DNA of 64,000 bases from Chthoniobacterales bacterium (GTDB taxonomy: Bacteria > Verrucomicrobiota > Verrucomicrobiia > Chthoniobacterales > JAATET01): assembly GCA_041748215.1 (NCBI GenBank), contig JBGTDR010000176.1:213-64212 (forward strand), given 5' to 3'. Below the pieces are notes generated by a model. It searched no databases and was not told where the DNA came from. It saw only the letters and a list, made by a program, of their open reading frames with translations. Numbering within the stretch: the first letter of the stretch is position 1; the number at the start of each line of letters is the position of its first letter. Made by a program: the position numbers and the translations under genes. Positions 19,767-29,742 of the stretch are shown one piece after another.

Positions 19767-20720
19767 CTAGTTCTTGAGTTCGAAAAGCGAGGTCACCGAT
19801 TCGTCCTGGTGGATTCGGTTGATGCCTTCGCCGAGCAACTCAGCAACGGAAAGCACCTTTACGCAACCGATCGCTCCAGCGTTCACCGGGGTGCTGTCGG
19901 TCGTGATCAGCTCCTTGATTTCGGAGGTGTTTAATCGCTCAACCGCCATATCTGTCAACACTGCGTGCGAAATGCCAGCATAAATCTCGCCCGCACCCAT
20001 CGCCCGCAGGATCTTCGCGGCACCCGTAATCGTGCCGGCGGTTTCGGTCAGATCGTCAACGATCAGGACAGTTTTGCCCTCAACGTCGCCGATCACGTGC
20101 AGCGCCTCGGTTTCCGTGGCGGATTTGCGGCGTTTGACGACGATGGCCAGACTCGCACCGATGGCCTGCGCGTAAGCTGACGCCATTTTGACGCCGCCCA
20201 CATCCGGCGAGACCACCACGAGGTTGGTGAGCTGTTTCGATGAAAGGTACTTCATCAAAACCGGCAGCGCGTAAAGATGATCGACCGGAATGTCGAAAAA
20301 ACCCTGCAACTGCTGGGCGTGTAGGTCCATCGTCAGCACTCGATTGACTCCCGCAGCGACGAGCAGATTTGCCACCAGCTTCGCGGTGATCGGCACCCGC
20401 GGCTGGTCTTTACGATCCTGGCGCGCGTAGCCGAAAAACGGAATCACTGCGGTGATCCGGGCGGCACTGGCCCGCCGCGCGGCGTCCACCAGAATCAGCA
20501 GTTCCATGATGTTCTGATTGGTCGGCGGGCAGGTCGGCTGCACCATGAAAACGTCGCGACCGCGGATATTCTCGTTGATTTTGACGTACGTCTCGCCGTC
20601 GGGAAACGTGCTCACCGAAGCGTCACCCAACGGGACCTTCAGGTAATCGCAGATGCTCTGGGCGAGTTCCCGGTGGGCGGTTCCGGTGAAAATTTTGATC
20701 TCGGGCGTGTAACGATACAT
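19767..20720 (-). CDS. prs: Ribose-phosphate pyrophosphokinase
   Basis: FPDGE, GYARQDRK, DLHAQQLQGFF, VSPDVGG, VDDLTETAGT. Confidence 0.97.
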   Translation of the reverse strand: MYRYTPEIKIFTGTAHRELAQSICDYLKVPLGDASVSTFPDGETYVKINENIRGRDVFMVQPTCPPTNQNIMELLILVDAARRASAARITAVIPFFGYARQDRKDQPRVPITAKLVANLLVAAGVNRVLTMDLHAQQLQGFFDIPVDHLYALPVLMKYLSSKQLTNLVVVSPDVGGVKMASAYAQAIGASLAIVVKRRKSATETEALHVIGDVEGKTVLIVDDLTETAGTITGAAKILRAMGAGEIYAGISHAVLTDMAVERLNTSEIKELITTDSTPVNAGAIGCVKVLSVAELLGEGINRIHQDESVTSLFELKN

Positions 20721-20735
20721 GGGGCGGCCCAGTGG

Positions 20736-20763
20736 ACACTAGGTGCGGGCCGCAAGCTGGCAA
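20736..20763 (-). promoter_or_regulatory. Putative sigma70 promoter for prs-rplY-pth-rpsF-ssb
   Basis: TTGCCA-16 nt-TAGTGT, ending 15 nt before ATG 20720. Confidence 0.5.
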
Positions 20764-20781
20764 TGCCAAAAATTTTGACGC

Positions 20782-22008
20782 TCACACGGCCGTCGGCTCG
20801 CGATCCACAGCCTGCAACGGCGATGGCAGCGAACGTGGCAGCGTGAGCGTAAAGATGATCGAAGCACCCACCAATGCGGCGCCTGCCCACAGCGGCGTGC
20901 GGGCGTAGTTTTCAATCGCGCGCGGCACATCCAGGCTCAGCAGCACGCCGGCGACGGCGGGCCCGACCCAGCGCGCGAGACTGCCGGCGGATTGAAATAC
21001 GCCCAACCCGCGACCCTGCCAGTCCGGGTCGACACTGCGGGAGGCCAGGCCCGTGAGCGTTGGCATGCACAGGCTGTTGCCGATCGCGATGCCGGCGCTG
21101 AACACCAGCAACATCGTGAGGCCGTGAGCCAGGGGCAGTGCGAACAAACTTGCAGCGAGGATCACGGCGCCCGTGGTCGCGAGACGCCCTTCTCCAAATC
21201 GTTTGACCAGTCGACCGATCAGCCCGCCCTGAATCAACACGCCGATCAATCCCACCATTCCGAGGATGTTCCCGGTGTGGAATTCGTTCATCGCGAACCG
21301 GTGCCAGAGGAACAACGCAAACACGAACGTCATCATGGAAAATCCCGCGGTCAGGCAAAACGACGCCGCGGTCACCTTGAGGTACAACTGGCGATCGCAG
21401 TGTTCCAATACCGCAAAAACCGAACCCTGCGCAATGGCTCCCCGCCGTTCCTTCGGCAGGCTTTCCGGCAGAAACCAAAGGACGAGAAATGCGTTCACCA
21501 GCGCCATGCCCGCTGCGAGGTACATCGGCGACTGGTAACCGAAGTGACTGCTCATCCAGCCGCCGATGGCTGGGCCAAACACAAATCCCAATCCGAACGC
21601 CGCACCGATCAGACCCATCGCTTTTGACCTCTCCTCGCGCGTTGAGATGTCCGCCACGTAAGCCTGCGCGGTGCCGATATTCGCACCCGCGATGCCATCA
21701 ATGATCCGGGCGACAAAAAGCACCCACAGCGCCGTCGCCATTCCCATCATCAAAAATCCCGCCGCCGTGCCGAGGATGCTTACAAAAAGTACCGGCTTGC
21801 GTCCCACGCGGTCCGAAATTTTTCCCCACACCGGTGCAAAGAGAAACTGCGCGAAAGAAAACGCCGCCACCAGCAGGCCGTTCTGAATGGGCGTCGCGTC
21901 GAAATGTTCCGCGTAACGTGGCAGCACCGGGATCACGATTCCGAACCCCACCATGTCGATGAAGATCGTCAGGAAGATGATCCCGAGCTGTGCGCGTTTG
22001 CTGGCCAC
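20782..22008 (-). CDS. MFS transporter, TetA/DHA1-like
   Basis: FIDMVGFGIVIPVLP, motif A GKISDRVGRKPV, GFVFGPAIGG; about 12 TM. GTG start is uncertain. Confidence 0.9.
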   Translation of the reverse strand: MASKRAQLGIIFLTIFIDMVGFGIVIPVLPRYAEHFDATPIQNGLLVAAFSFAQFLFAPVWGKISDRVGRKPVLFVSILGTAAGFLMMGMATALWVLFVARIIDGIAGANIGTAQAYVADISTREERSKAMGLIGAAFGLGFVFGPAIGGWMSSHFGYQSPMYLAAGMALVNAFLVLWFLPESLPKERRGAIAQGSVFAVLEHCDRQLYLKVTAASFCLTAGFSMMTFVFALFLWHRFAMNEFHTGNILGMVGLIGVLIQGGLIGRLVKRFGEGRLATTGAVILAASLFALPLAHGLTMLLVFSAGIAIGNSLCMPTLTGLASRSVDPDWQGRGLGVFQSAGSLARWVGPAVAGVLLSLDVPRAIENYARTPLWAGAALVGASIIFTLTLPRSLPSPLQAVDREPTAV

Positions 22009-22043
22009 TGGTCTTGAGCTACGACTCCCCGTCCCTCGCGGAC

Positions 22044-22262
22044 TCAACAACACCCGCAACCGGAACCGCAGGATCCTGCCGACGTCGCGGTCGGCGAGCT
22101 TCCCGATTTGCCCACGTATCCGTACCCGCCGCTGATGACCCGGCGCACGGGCTCACCCGTCTCGGGGTCGATACGCAACGCGGCGTCGTTCATGCTCTGT
22201 TTCACCTCGAAGCGGCGGAGCGGCTTCGTCTCGTCGGTTGTTTCGTAAACGTAGGTCGGCAT
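22044..22262 (-). CDS. FmdB-family (zinc-ribbon-like) small protein
   Basis: MPTYVYE...FEVKQSMND...DPETGEPVRRVISGG; tail GSCGSGCGCC; TGATG coupling to polX. Confidence 0.8.
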   Translation of the reverse strand: MPTYVYETTDETKPLRRFEVKQSMNDAALRIDPETGEPVRRVISGGYGYVGKSGSSPTATSAGSCGSGCGCC

Positions 22263-24013
22263 CAGGCGAGCGTAGATTTCCCCCGTTTTCTTCGCAATGC
22301 CGCTTGCACCTTGGATAGCGGCAGCGTGTTGATCACATCCTCCCGCGTCAGCCATCCCTTGCGGGCAATCCGCACTCCGAAAGCCAGGTCCTGCAACCCG
22401 CGGACCGAATGGGCGTCGGGATTGATCGCGCATTTCACTCCCCGCTCTTTCGCCAGCGGCCACCACCGCCAGTCGAGTTCCAGCCGGCGTGGGTTGGCAT
22501 TCAATTCAATGATGGTGCCCGTGGCGGCCGCGGCCTCGATCACCGCCGGGATATCGACCGCGTATGGTCCGCGCATCGCGAGCAATCGCCCGGTCACGTG
22601 CCCGAGCATGGTGACGTGCGGATTTGAGATTGCCCGAATAATGCGACGCGTCATCTCCGCTTCGCCGAGCGTGAACGAGGCGTGCACGGATGCGACGACG
22701 TAGTCGAGTCCCGCCAGCACATCGTCGGGAAAGTCCAGCGAACCATCTTTGAGAATGTCGCATTCGGTCCCGGCAAAGAGCCGGAATTTCTCGAACTGGG
22801 CATTGAGCGCGGCGATCTCGGCAACCTGCTTCTCCAGGCGCGCGGCATCGAGTCCGCTGGCTTGCACGGAGCTTTTGCTGTGGTCGGCAATTCCGAGGTA
22901 TTCCAACCCAAGCTCCATCGCGCCCTCGGCCATTTGTTCCAACGACGCGCGGCCATCACTGGCGTTGGTGTGATTGTGAAACGTGCCGCGCAGGTTGTGC
23001 CACTCGACAAGCTGCGGCAATTCCCCGGCCTCCGCGGCAGCGATCTCACCGCGATCTTCCCGCAGCTCCGGCGGAATCGGCTCCAGCCCGAGCGAGCGGT
23101 AGATGTCCGCCTCTTCGTGAATTTCCGGGAGTGGCTCGCGTAACGTTTTTCCCTCGGCGGCGCTGAATCGATATTCGTTGAGAGACCAGCCGCGCTCGAG
23201 CGCCCGACTGCGCATGCGCACATTGTGCTCCTTGCTGCCGGTGAAATAGTTCAGCGCAAATGGATATTCTTCGTTTTTGACGACACGCAAATCGCACTGC
23301 AGGCCATTCTTGAGGCGCACGCTGGTTTTCGTCGCGCCCTGCGCGATCACGCTTTCGACGAGTTCGTGGTTCGCAAAATCCTGCCCGACGAGTTCCGGTT
23401 CCCGACTCGCAGCGATGAAATCAAGGTCACCCACCGTCTCCTTGCCCCGGCGATAACTTCCGGCCGCTTCCGCGAGCAGCACCTCGGGATGTTGCCGCAG
23501 ATCCTCCAAAAGCCGGTCCGCTACGACGGCCGCATCACCAAGGAGATAAACCCCGGTGTTCCGCTTCCGCTCTTCGATGGCCTGCAAAATTTTCTCCGCC
23601 GTCTTGGTGCCAAATCCCGCGAGCGCGGCGACCCGTCCATCGCGGCACGCCCGCGCCAATTGCGCGATCGACGAGACGCCAAGCACATCGTGCAATGCTT
23701 TGATTTTTTTCGGCCCGAGTCCCTGGAGCTCGAAGAGCGTGAAAATATCGGGCGGAAATTCTTCGCGAAGTTTTTCGTAATATTCCAACCGCCCGGTCGT
23801 CACGAGAGCCGTGATTTTATCCACCAGTGCCTTGCCGATGCCGTCGAGTTCGCCGAGCCGGTCCTCGGCAACCAGGGTGGCGAGATCCTGGCTGGTCGAT
23901 TCCAGCGCCCGCGCCCCGTTCTCGTAGGCGCGGACCTTGAAAGCGTTCTCACCTTTCAACTCCAGCAACCGCGCAATGTTTTCGAGCACCTCGATGATCT
24001 CGTCCTTCGTCAT
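22262..24013 (-). CDS. polX: DNA polymerase X / PHP 3'-5' exonuclease
   Basis: LELKGENAFKVRAY, GSYRRGKETVGDLD, CDLRVV, FTGSKEHN; PHP motifs HNHTNASDG, DHS, NPDAH. Confidence 0.96.
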   Translation of the reverse strand: MTKDEIIEVLENIARLLELKGENAFKVRAYENGARALESTSQDLATLVAEDRLGELDGIGKALVDKITALVTTGRLEYYEKLREEFPPDIFTLFELQGLGPKKIKALHDVLGVSSIAQLARACRDGRVAALAGFGTKTAEKILQAIEERKRNTGVYLLGDAAVVADRLLEDLRQHPEVLLAEAAGSYRRGKETVGDLDFIAASREPELVGQDFANHELVESVIAQGATKTSVRLKNGLQCDLRVVKNEEYPFALNYFTGSKEHNVRMRSRALERGWSLNEYRFSAAEGKTLREPLPEIHEEADIYRSLGLEPIPPELREDRGEIAAAEAGELPQLVEWHNLRGTFHNHTNASDGRASLEQMAEGAMELGLEYLGIADHSKSSVQASGLDAARLEKQVAEIAALNAQFEKFRLFAGTECDILKDGSLDFPDDVLAGLDYVVASVHASFTLGEAEMTRRIIRAISNPHVTMLGHVTGRLLAMRGPYAVDIPAVIEAAAATGTIIELNANPRRLELDWRWWPLAKERGVKCAINPDAHSVRGLQDLAFGVRIARKGWLTREDVINTLPLSKVQAALRRKRGKSTLA

Positions 24014-24088
24014 GGGAATCAGACGTTTTCCTATGGAATCGCCCCGCAAAACAAGGTCTCTTCCGTCAAGCCCCCAATCGCCACCGCG

Positions 24089-24799
24089 ATGAGATTCCCT
24101 TCCGCTCTCTGTCTGTTCGTCGTTTCGTTGGTGACGATTTTTGTCATCACCGTGCAACCCATTCATTCGGGCCTCACTAGGCTGGTTTTTCTCGCCGGCG
24201 TGATGGGACTGATCGCGAGCGGATTGTTCCTTGGCTGGCGCTTTCCCGTCGTGCGTTGGACGTTTCTGGTGATCGTTGCGCTCACCGCCGCGCTCTTCCT
24301 GCTTCCGGCGCGGGAGGTGGACACCGATGCGTTGCGAACCCGCGTGGTGGCTGAATTGGAACGTTACCCCGGCGCGCAATACGTGTGGGGTGGCGAAAAT
24401 CGCACGGGAATCGATTGCTCGGGATTGCCGCGGCGCGCATTTCGAGACGCCTTGTTTCGCGAAGGATTGGTCACGCTCAACGGACGCCTTCTTCGCGAAT
24501 CGGTCCAGCAGTGGTGGTTCGACGCCAGTGCCCGCGCGCTGGCCGAGGGACATCGCGAGACCACGACCGCAGTCGGCCCGATGGGAAAATTGCGCACCCT
24601 GCCGTTCACGACGTTGCTTCCCGGGGATCTCGCGGTCACCACATCCGGCGTTCATTGCCTCGTCTATCTAGGAGGTGATCAATGGATCCAGGCCGATCCC
24701 GGACTCGGACGCGTCGCGATTTACGATGCGCGCAACACGGATGATTCGTGGTTTGACTCGCCCGTCACCATTCATCGCTGGACGCTGCTCGATCCGTAA
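24089..24799 (+). CDS. Membrane-anchored NlpC/P60-family cysteine hydrolase
   Basis: About three N-terminal hydrophobic segments, then YVWGGENRTGIDCSGL, PGDLAV, GVHCLVYLG, WIQA. Confidence 0.8.
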   Translation: MRFPSALCLFVVSLVTIFVITVQPIHSGLTRLVFLAGVMGLIASGLFLGWRFPVVRWTFLVIVALTAALFLLPAREVDTDALRTRVVAELERYPGAQYVWGGENRTGIDCSGLPRRAFRDALFREGLVTLNGRLLRESVQQWWFDASARALAEGHRETTTAVGPMGKLRTLPFTTLLPGDLAVTTSGVHCLVYLGGDQWIQADPGLGRVAIYDARNTDDSWFDSPVTIHRWTLLDP

Positions 24800-24865
24800 C
24801 TCCGGACACACCCTCGATCCAAGATCAGAAAATCGGGTGGTTGCGCGCCGGAAAACGCATTAATA

Positions 24866-27800
24866 ATGGAAGCTTTCCGTATGAACGCCCGATTGAACGC
24901 CCTTGTTGCTCCCGCGATTTCCCTGCTCCTCGTTCTGAGCCCGACGACGCACCTTCGCGCCCAATCCGGCCCGGAGGAAGCGAACCGCGCCGCATACGAC
25001 CTCTTCCTCGGTGGCAATTACGAGCAAGCCGCAGCCGCGTACGAAAAGGTCCTCGCCGACTACTCGACCTCCGCCATCGTTCCTGCAGCCCAACTCCAAC
25101 TCGCGTCGTCGTATTTTTACCTCGGTGAATACGACAAGGCACTCGCGACACTGGACGCTTTGTTGAGCGGTCCCCCACCCTCGCCCGCCGTCAACCAGGC
25201 CGCCCGCAGCCTCCAACCGCAAATCCTTTCCGCGCAGGCGTCCGCCATGGACCCCGACAACACCGGACGCAAAGCGGCTTTCGAACAGGCCATCGCAAAA
25301 TACACCGAATTCCTCACGCAATTTCCCGGCACACCCGAGACCGAGTCGGTCCGCTACGGCCGCGCCCTGGCGAATTTTCAGATCGCCAACTACGACGAAG
25401 CCATCAAGGACCTTGAGGAAAACGTGGCGCAGTTTGGTGCCAGCTCGACGATCGCCAGCAGCCGCAACCTGCTGGCTCTGGCTTACGCATCAAAGGGAAG
25501 TGCCGACCTGAATGCCGGCACTTCCGTCGACCGCAGTGCCGCCTTCGGGCTTTATGACAAGGCCATCGCGGCACTTCGTGAAATCGTGAATCGCCGGAGC
25601 GATTTGACGCTGATCAACGACGCCCATTTTCAGATTGGCGAAATTCTCTTCAACCGCGCCGCCTTCAGCGACGAAGAGGATCGCGCCGCGCTTTACCAGC
25701 AGGCGCTCGAAGCTTACCGCAGCATCGAGCCTCGCGAAATGATCGTGGCCCGCCAGCGCGAACGCCTCGCGGGATTCCCCGCCCTGCGCCGCCAGGCGAT
25801 TCAGGCTCAGGACCGGCAGGCACTTGACCGGATCGAGCGTGACAACGAACGGGAAGTCAAACGCCTCGCCGAGCTCGAAGCCCGGCCCGATCAGACAACC
25901 AATGCCATGCTCAAAATGGCTGAAATTTTCGTCAATTCGAACCAGCCAAATGCCGCCCGCGTTCTGGTCACTCACCTGGAGCCATTCCTCGATGCCGACG
26001 CCGAGAAAAAGCGCGCCCAATACCTGAAAACGATGACGTACGCGCTTCAGGGTGCCGCGCCCCAGGCGGTCGCCGCGTACGATCAATTCCAGGCTGCGTT
26101 CAAGGGCGATGCGATTGCCGAAAATCTTCCCATCACTCTCGGCAACATGTTTCTCAGCTCGCCCGATCCCGCCGTCGCTGATCCGCAAAAGGCCGCCACC
26201 TATTTCGAAGAATCCCTCACGCTTTATCCGGACGGCCGGCTCGCTGGACTCAGCGTGGTCAATCGCGCCGCCGCCCTCAGCAAACTTGGCCAGACCGATG
26301 AGGCTCTGAAAACGTTCACCGATTTTCTTGCCAAAAATCCGCGCCCGGAGGAAGCCGCCGCCGCGCAGATGGGAATCGCCGCTCTCTACAAGGATACCGG
26401 CAAGTGGGACGAAGCGATTACTGCCTACCGCGAAGTGCTGACCGCCCATGCCGATCAACCGCAGGCTGTTGATGCGGAATTTTGGATCGCCTTCAGCACT
26501 CAGCAGAAGGGCGATGCTGCGGCCGCCATTCCCCTCTTCGAAAGCTTCATCAAATCCCACGCGGACTCACCGCTCGTTCCGACCGCGCTTTATTCGCTCG
26601 CAACCGCACAGCTTGCGACCGGCAACCAGACCGCCGGCGTAGCGACCCTCGCCGACATCGCCGAGCGATTCCCCGACAGCCCACCCGCGCCATTCACCTA
26701 CTTCCAGCGCGCCCAGATCGTCGGCGCGGAAGGCAAGAAGGACGAGATGCTCGGCCTCATGCGCGCGTTCATCGAAAAGTACCCGCAGGACGACAAGGTT
26801 TTCTTTGCTTACGATTCGATTGCCCAGACCGCGACCAACGATGGCCGTCCGGATGACGCCATCACCACTTACACCGAATACGCCGAAAAATACGCGGCCA
26901 CTCCTCGCACTCCGGAGGCGCTTTTGAAGATTGCCACGTTGCAGCGCGGCAAAGCCGAATCGCTCGGGCGATACGTCGCGATGCCTCCGGAGGATCAGGC
27001 GGTCTGGCGGAAAAATCTCGATGAGGGCATTGCGACCGCCGAATCAATCGTCCAAAAATTTCCGGATTCTCCGCAGGCTGCCCTCGCTCTCGGCTCTCTC
27101 CTGGATTCCCAGCGACTGCTGGCCGGTGCCGGGTTGAAGTCGCCCGCCGAAGTCGAAGAATATTTCGAAACCCTCGCCGCCGCCGCCCCTTCACCCGCGG
27201 CCCGCAGCAAAACGCTGTTCACTTTGGCGACCTTTCTTTCCGAGAGTGACCGTGTGCGTGCGCTGGCCACGATGCAGGCAGCCTACGACCCCGCCGTAGT
27301 TTTTGCGCCGGCCGACCTCGACTTTTACGCGACCGCTTTGCTCGACGACGGCAAAACCGACGAAGCCGCGGTGATCTTCGACAAAGTTGCCGCCGATTAC
27401 GCCATTCCTCCCGGAGTCGCGGCGCAGCAGGCTCCGCCGCAGATTCAGGAAGCCCAGGCCGTTGCGCTGTTTGGAAAAGGCCGGATCGCGCAGCTCAAAG
27501 GCGACACCGCCACCGCCGGTCAACTCTTCGAAGAGCTGAAAGCGACCTACCCATGGTCGCCAAAGGTCCTCGAGGCGAACTTCGGAATTGCGCAGTCGCT
27601 CGAAGCGGAAAAAAAATACGATGAAGCCCTTGCCCTGCTCACTCAGATCATCCGGGCACCCACGGCGACCGCCGACCTCCGCGCGGGCAGCATGCTGCTC
27701 GGCGGGCGCATCATGGAAGAGAAAGGCGATCTCGAAGCCGCCATCGATTACAACATCAAGATAGCCCAGTTCTACGCGGGCGTGCCCGCCGCTGCTGCCG

Positions 27801-27979
27801 AGGGACTTTGGCGGGGTGGTCAGCTTCTCGAAAAACAAGCCGCCACTCTCACGGACGCCGCCGCCAAAACCCGCCAACTCAGCCAGGCCCGCCGCGCGTA
27901 CCAGGACATCACCACAAATTACCCGGCGTCCGAGTTCGCTTCCCAGGCCACCGAGCGCCTCGGTGCCCTCGGGCAATGA
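24866..27979 (+). CDS. Giant exported TPR protein (BamD/CpoB-like repeats)
   Basis: Signal peptide followed by many TPR units ending in F/YP-x-S/T turns (QFPGT, RFPDS, KYPQD, NYPAS). Start is 24866 or 24881. Confidence 0.85.
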   Translation: MEAFRMNARLNALVAPAISLLLVLSPTTHLRAQSGPEEANRAAYDLFLGGNYEQAAAAYEKVLADYSTSAIVPAAQLQLASSYFYLGEYDKALATLDALLSGPPPSPAVNQAARSLQPQILSAQASAMDPDNTGRKAAFEQAIAKYTEFLTQFPGTPETESVRYGRALANFQIANYDEAIKDLEENVAQFGASSTIASSRNLLALAYASKGSADLNAGTSVDRSAAFGLYDKAIAALREIVNRRSDLTLINDAHFQIGEILFNRAAFSDEEDRAALYQQALEAYRSIEPREMIVARQRERLAGFPALRRQAIQAQDRQALDRIERDNEREVKRLAELEARPDQTTNAMLKMAEIFVNSNQPNAARVLVTHLEPFLDADAEKKRAQYLKTMTYALQGAAPQAVAAYDQFQAAFKGDAIAENLPITLGNMFLSSPDPAVADPQKAATYFEESLTLYPDGRLAGLSVVNRAAALSKLGQTDEALKTFTDFLAKNPRPEEAAAAQMGIAALYKDTGKWDEAITAYREVLTAHADQPQAVDAEFWIAFSTQQKGDAAAAIPLFESFIKSHADSPLVPTALYSLATAQLATGNQTAGVATLADIAERFPDSPPAPFTYFQRAQIVGAEGKKDEMLGLMRAFIEKYPQDDKVFFAYDSIAQTATNDGRPDDAITTYTEYAEKYAATPRTPEALLKIATLQRGKAESLGRYVAMPPEDQAVWRKNLDEGIATAESIVQKFPDSPQAALALGSLLDSQRLLAGAGLKSPAEVEEYFETLAAAAPSPAARSKTLFTLATFLSESDRVRALATMQAAYDPAVVFAPADLDFYATALLDDGKTDEAAVIFDKVAADYAIPPGVAAQQAPPQIQEAQAVALFGKGRIAQLKGDTATAGQLFEELKATYPWSPKVLEANFGIAQSLEAEKKYDEALALLTQIIRAPTATADLRAGSMLLGGRIMEEKGDLEAAIDYNIKIAQFYAGVPAAAAEGLWRGGQLLEKQAATLTDAAAKTRQLSQARRAYQDITTNYPASEFASQATERLGALGQ

Positions 27980-28707
27980 CGCGTCGCGCCCGCGCGATCG
28001 AACTCGCCGCCCGACTGCCACGCATCTACCCGGACGCCCACTGCGAGCTGAATTTTCGCGATCCGCTCGAGTTGCTTGTCGCCACCATTCTGTCGGCGCA
28101 ATGCACCGATAAACGCGTCAATCTCACCACGCCCGTGCTCTTCGAGCGCTGTCGCACGGCCGCCGATTACGCCGCCATCCCGCAGGACGAACTCGAGTCG
28201 CTCATTCATTCGACCGGATTTTTTCGTAACAAGGCCAAAGCCATTCGCGCCGCCGCCCATGACATCGTTGCGCATCACGACGGACAAGTGCCGCGCACGA
28301 TGGAAGCGCTGTCCGCGCTGCCCGGAGTCGGTCGCAAAACCGCCAACGTTGTCCTCGGAAACGCGTTCGGGATTTCCCACGGCGTGGTCGTCGATACCCA
28401 CGTCGGCCGCCTCGCCCTCCGGCTCGGACTCACCAAAAATCACGATCCGAAAAAAGTGGAAACGGATCTCGGGCGGCTATTTCCCCGCGAGACGTGGACA
28501 CTTCTCAGCCACTGGCTGATATTCCACGGCCGCCGCCGCTGCACCGCCCGCCGGCCCGATTGCGCTGCCTGTGAACTCCGCGACCTCTGCCCCAGCGCCG
28601 ATCGGTCTGACCGGAACCGGATTTCTGAAAAATCGAAAAGGCGGCTCCCAATTCCGGTTTCCGGTCCGAATCGCACGAGTGTTTTTCCCGGCGACGATCG
28701 GTCCTGA
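27976..28707 (+). CDS. nth: Endonuclease III
   Basis: LLVATILSAQCTD, HhH LPGVGRKTANVV, VDTHV, 4Fe-4S motif CTARRPDCAACELRDLC; ATGA overlap with the TPR gene. Confidence 0.96.
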   Translation: MTRRARAIELAARLPRIYPDAHCELNFRDPLELLVATILSAQCTDKRVNLTTPVLFERCRTAADYAAIPQDELESLIHSTGFFRNKAKAIRAAAHDIVAHHDGQVPRTMEALSALPGVGRKTANVVLGNAFGISHGVVVDTHVGRLALRLGLTKNHDPKKVETDLGRLFPRETWTLLSHWLIFHGRRRCTARRPDCAACELRDLCPSADRSDRNRISEKSKRRLPIPVSGPNRTSVFPGDDRS

Positions 28708-28716
28708 CGCACGGCA

Positions 28717-29721
28717 CTACCTGCTCAACGCTGCGGCGGACAGGGTCGGTTCGATATCTGCATCGAGGTTCGATCCCCCGCGTCCGGCAAGTTGATGTGC
28801 GGCCGTGAATGCGATCATTGCAGCGTTGTCCGTTCGCAGTTCCGGAGCGGCGAAACGTAGCCGGATTCCAGCAGTCGCGCAGCTTTCCCGGAGGACCGAT
28901 TGCAATCGTGAATTGGAACTCACTCCACCGCTCACCGCCAGACACGTCCGACCGGCCGCCGCGACCGCGCGCAGGGCTTTTGTTGCCAGCACATCGACAA
29001 CGGCCTCCTGAAACGATGCACAGACGTCCGCAAGATCACCGCCACCACGCTCCAAAAAATACCGCACGGATGTTTTCAGACCGCTGAAGCTGAATTGATG
29101 ATCGCCCGAGTTCAGCATGCTGCGTGGAAAGTCGTAACGCGCCGGATCGCCACCGCGCGCCATCCGATCGATTTCGATCCCGCCCGGGTAGCCAAGGCCG
29201 AGCAGTTTCGCAACTTTGTCGAACGCCTCGCCGGCCGCGTCGTCCATCGTGGATCCCAAGACCTCATAACGACCGTAACCGTCCACGTCGACGAGCAGGG
29301 TATGCCCGCCGCTCACCACGAGACCAATATGCGGCTCGATCATCGACTCACCAAAAAAAGGCGAGAGCAAATGGCCTTCGACGTGATTCACCGCGAGAAA
29401 GGGCTTCCGAAGCCCAATGGCTAGCCCTTTGCCCGCCGCCATTCCGACCAGCAGGGCCGCCGGCAACCCGGGGCCCGCGGTCGCCGCAACGGCATCAATG
29501 GCACCAGGCAAAATCTCCGCGTGATCCAATGCGGACCGGATTGAATTGGGAAGTGCCGCGGTGTGATTGCGGGAAGCGACTTCGGGGACAACACCGCCGA
29601 ATTCCGAATGAATCTGCGCCTGGGACCACACTTCGCCTGCCAGAAGTTCATCGAAACCGCGCAGCACTGCGACCGCAGTTTCATCGCACGACGTTTCGAT
29701 CGCCAGGACGACAGGCCTCAT
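28717..29721 (-). CDS. tsaD: tRNA N6-threonylcarbamoyltransferase
   Basis: LAIETSCDET, GGVVPEVASRNH, VNHVEGH, VSGGHT, DDAAGEAFDK, TDNAAMIA. Alternative TTG start at 29733. Confidence 0.97.
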   Translation of the reverse strand: MRPVVLAIETSCDETAVAVLRGFDELLAGEVWSQAQIHSEFGGVVPEVASRNHTAALPNSIRSALDHAEILPGAIDAVAATAGPGLPAALLVGMAAGKGLAIGLRKPFLAVNHVEGHLLSPFFGESMIEPHIGLVVSGGHTLLVDVDGYGRYEVLGSTMDDAAGEAFDKVAKLLGLGYPGGIEIDRMARGGDPARYDFPRSMLNSGDHQFSFSGLKTSVRYFLERGGGDLADVCASFQEAVVDVLATKALRAVAAAGRTCLAVSGGVSSNSRLQSVLRESCATAGIRLRFAAPELRTDNAAMIAFTAAHQLAGRGGSNLDADIEPTLSAAALSR

Positions 29722-29742
29722 CGCCAAATACAAAACGCAATT

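Noticed and set aside
22020-22046. Selenocysteine readthrough at the TGA after GCGCC in the FmdB-like gene
   Set aside because: No convincing SECIS-like hairpin downstream, and readthrough would run out of frame over the MFS gene start.
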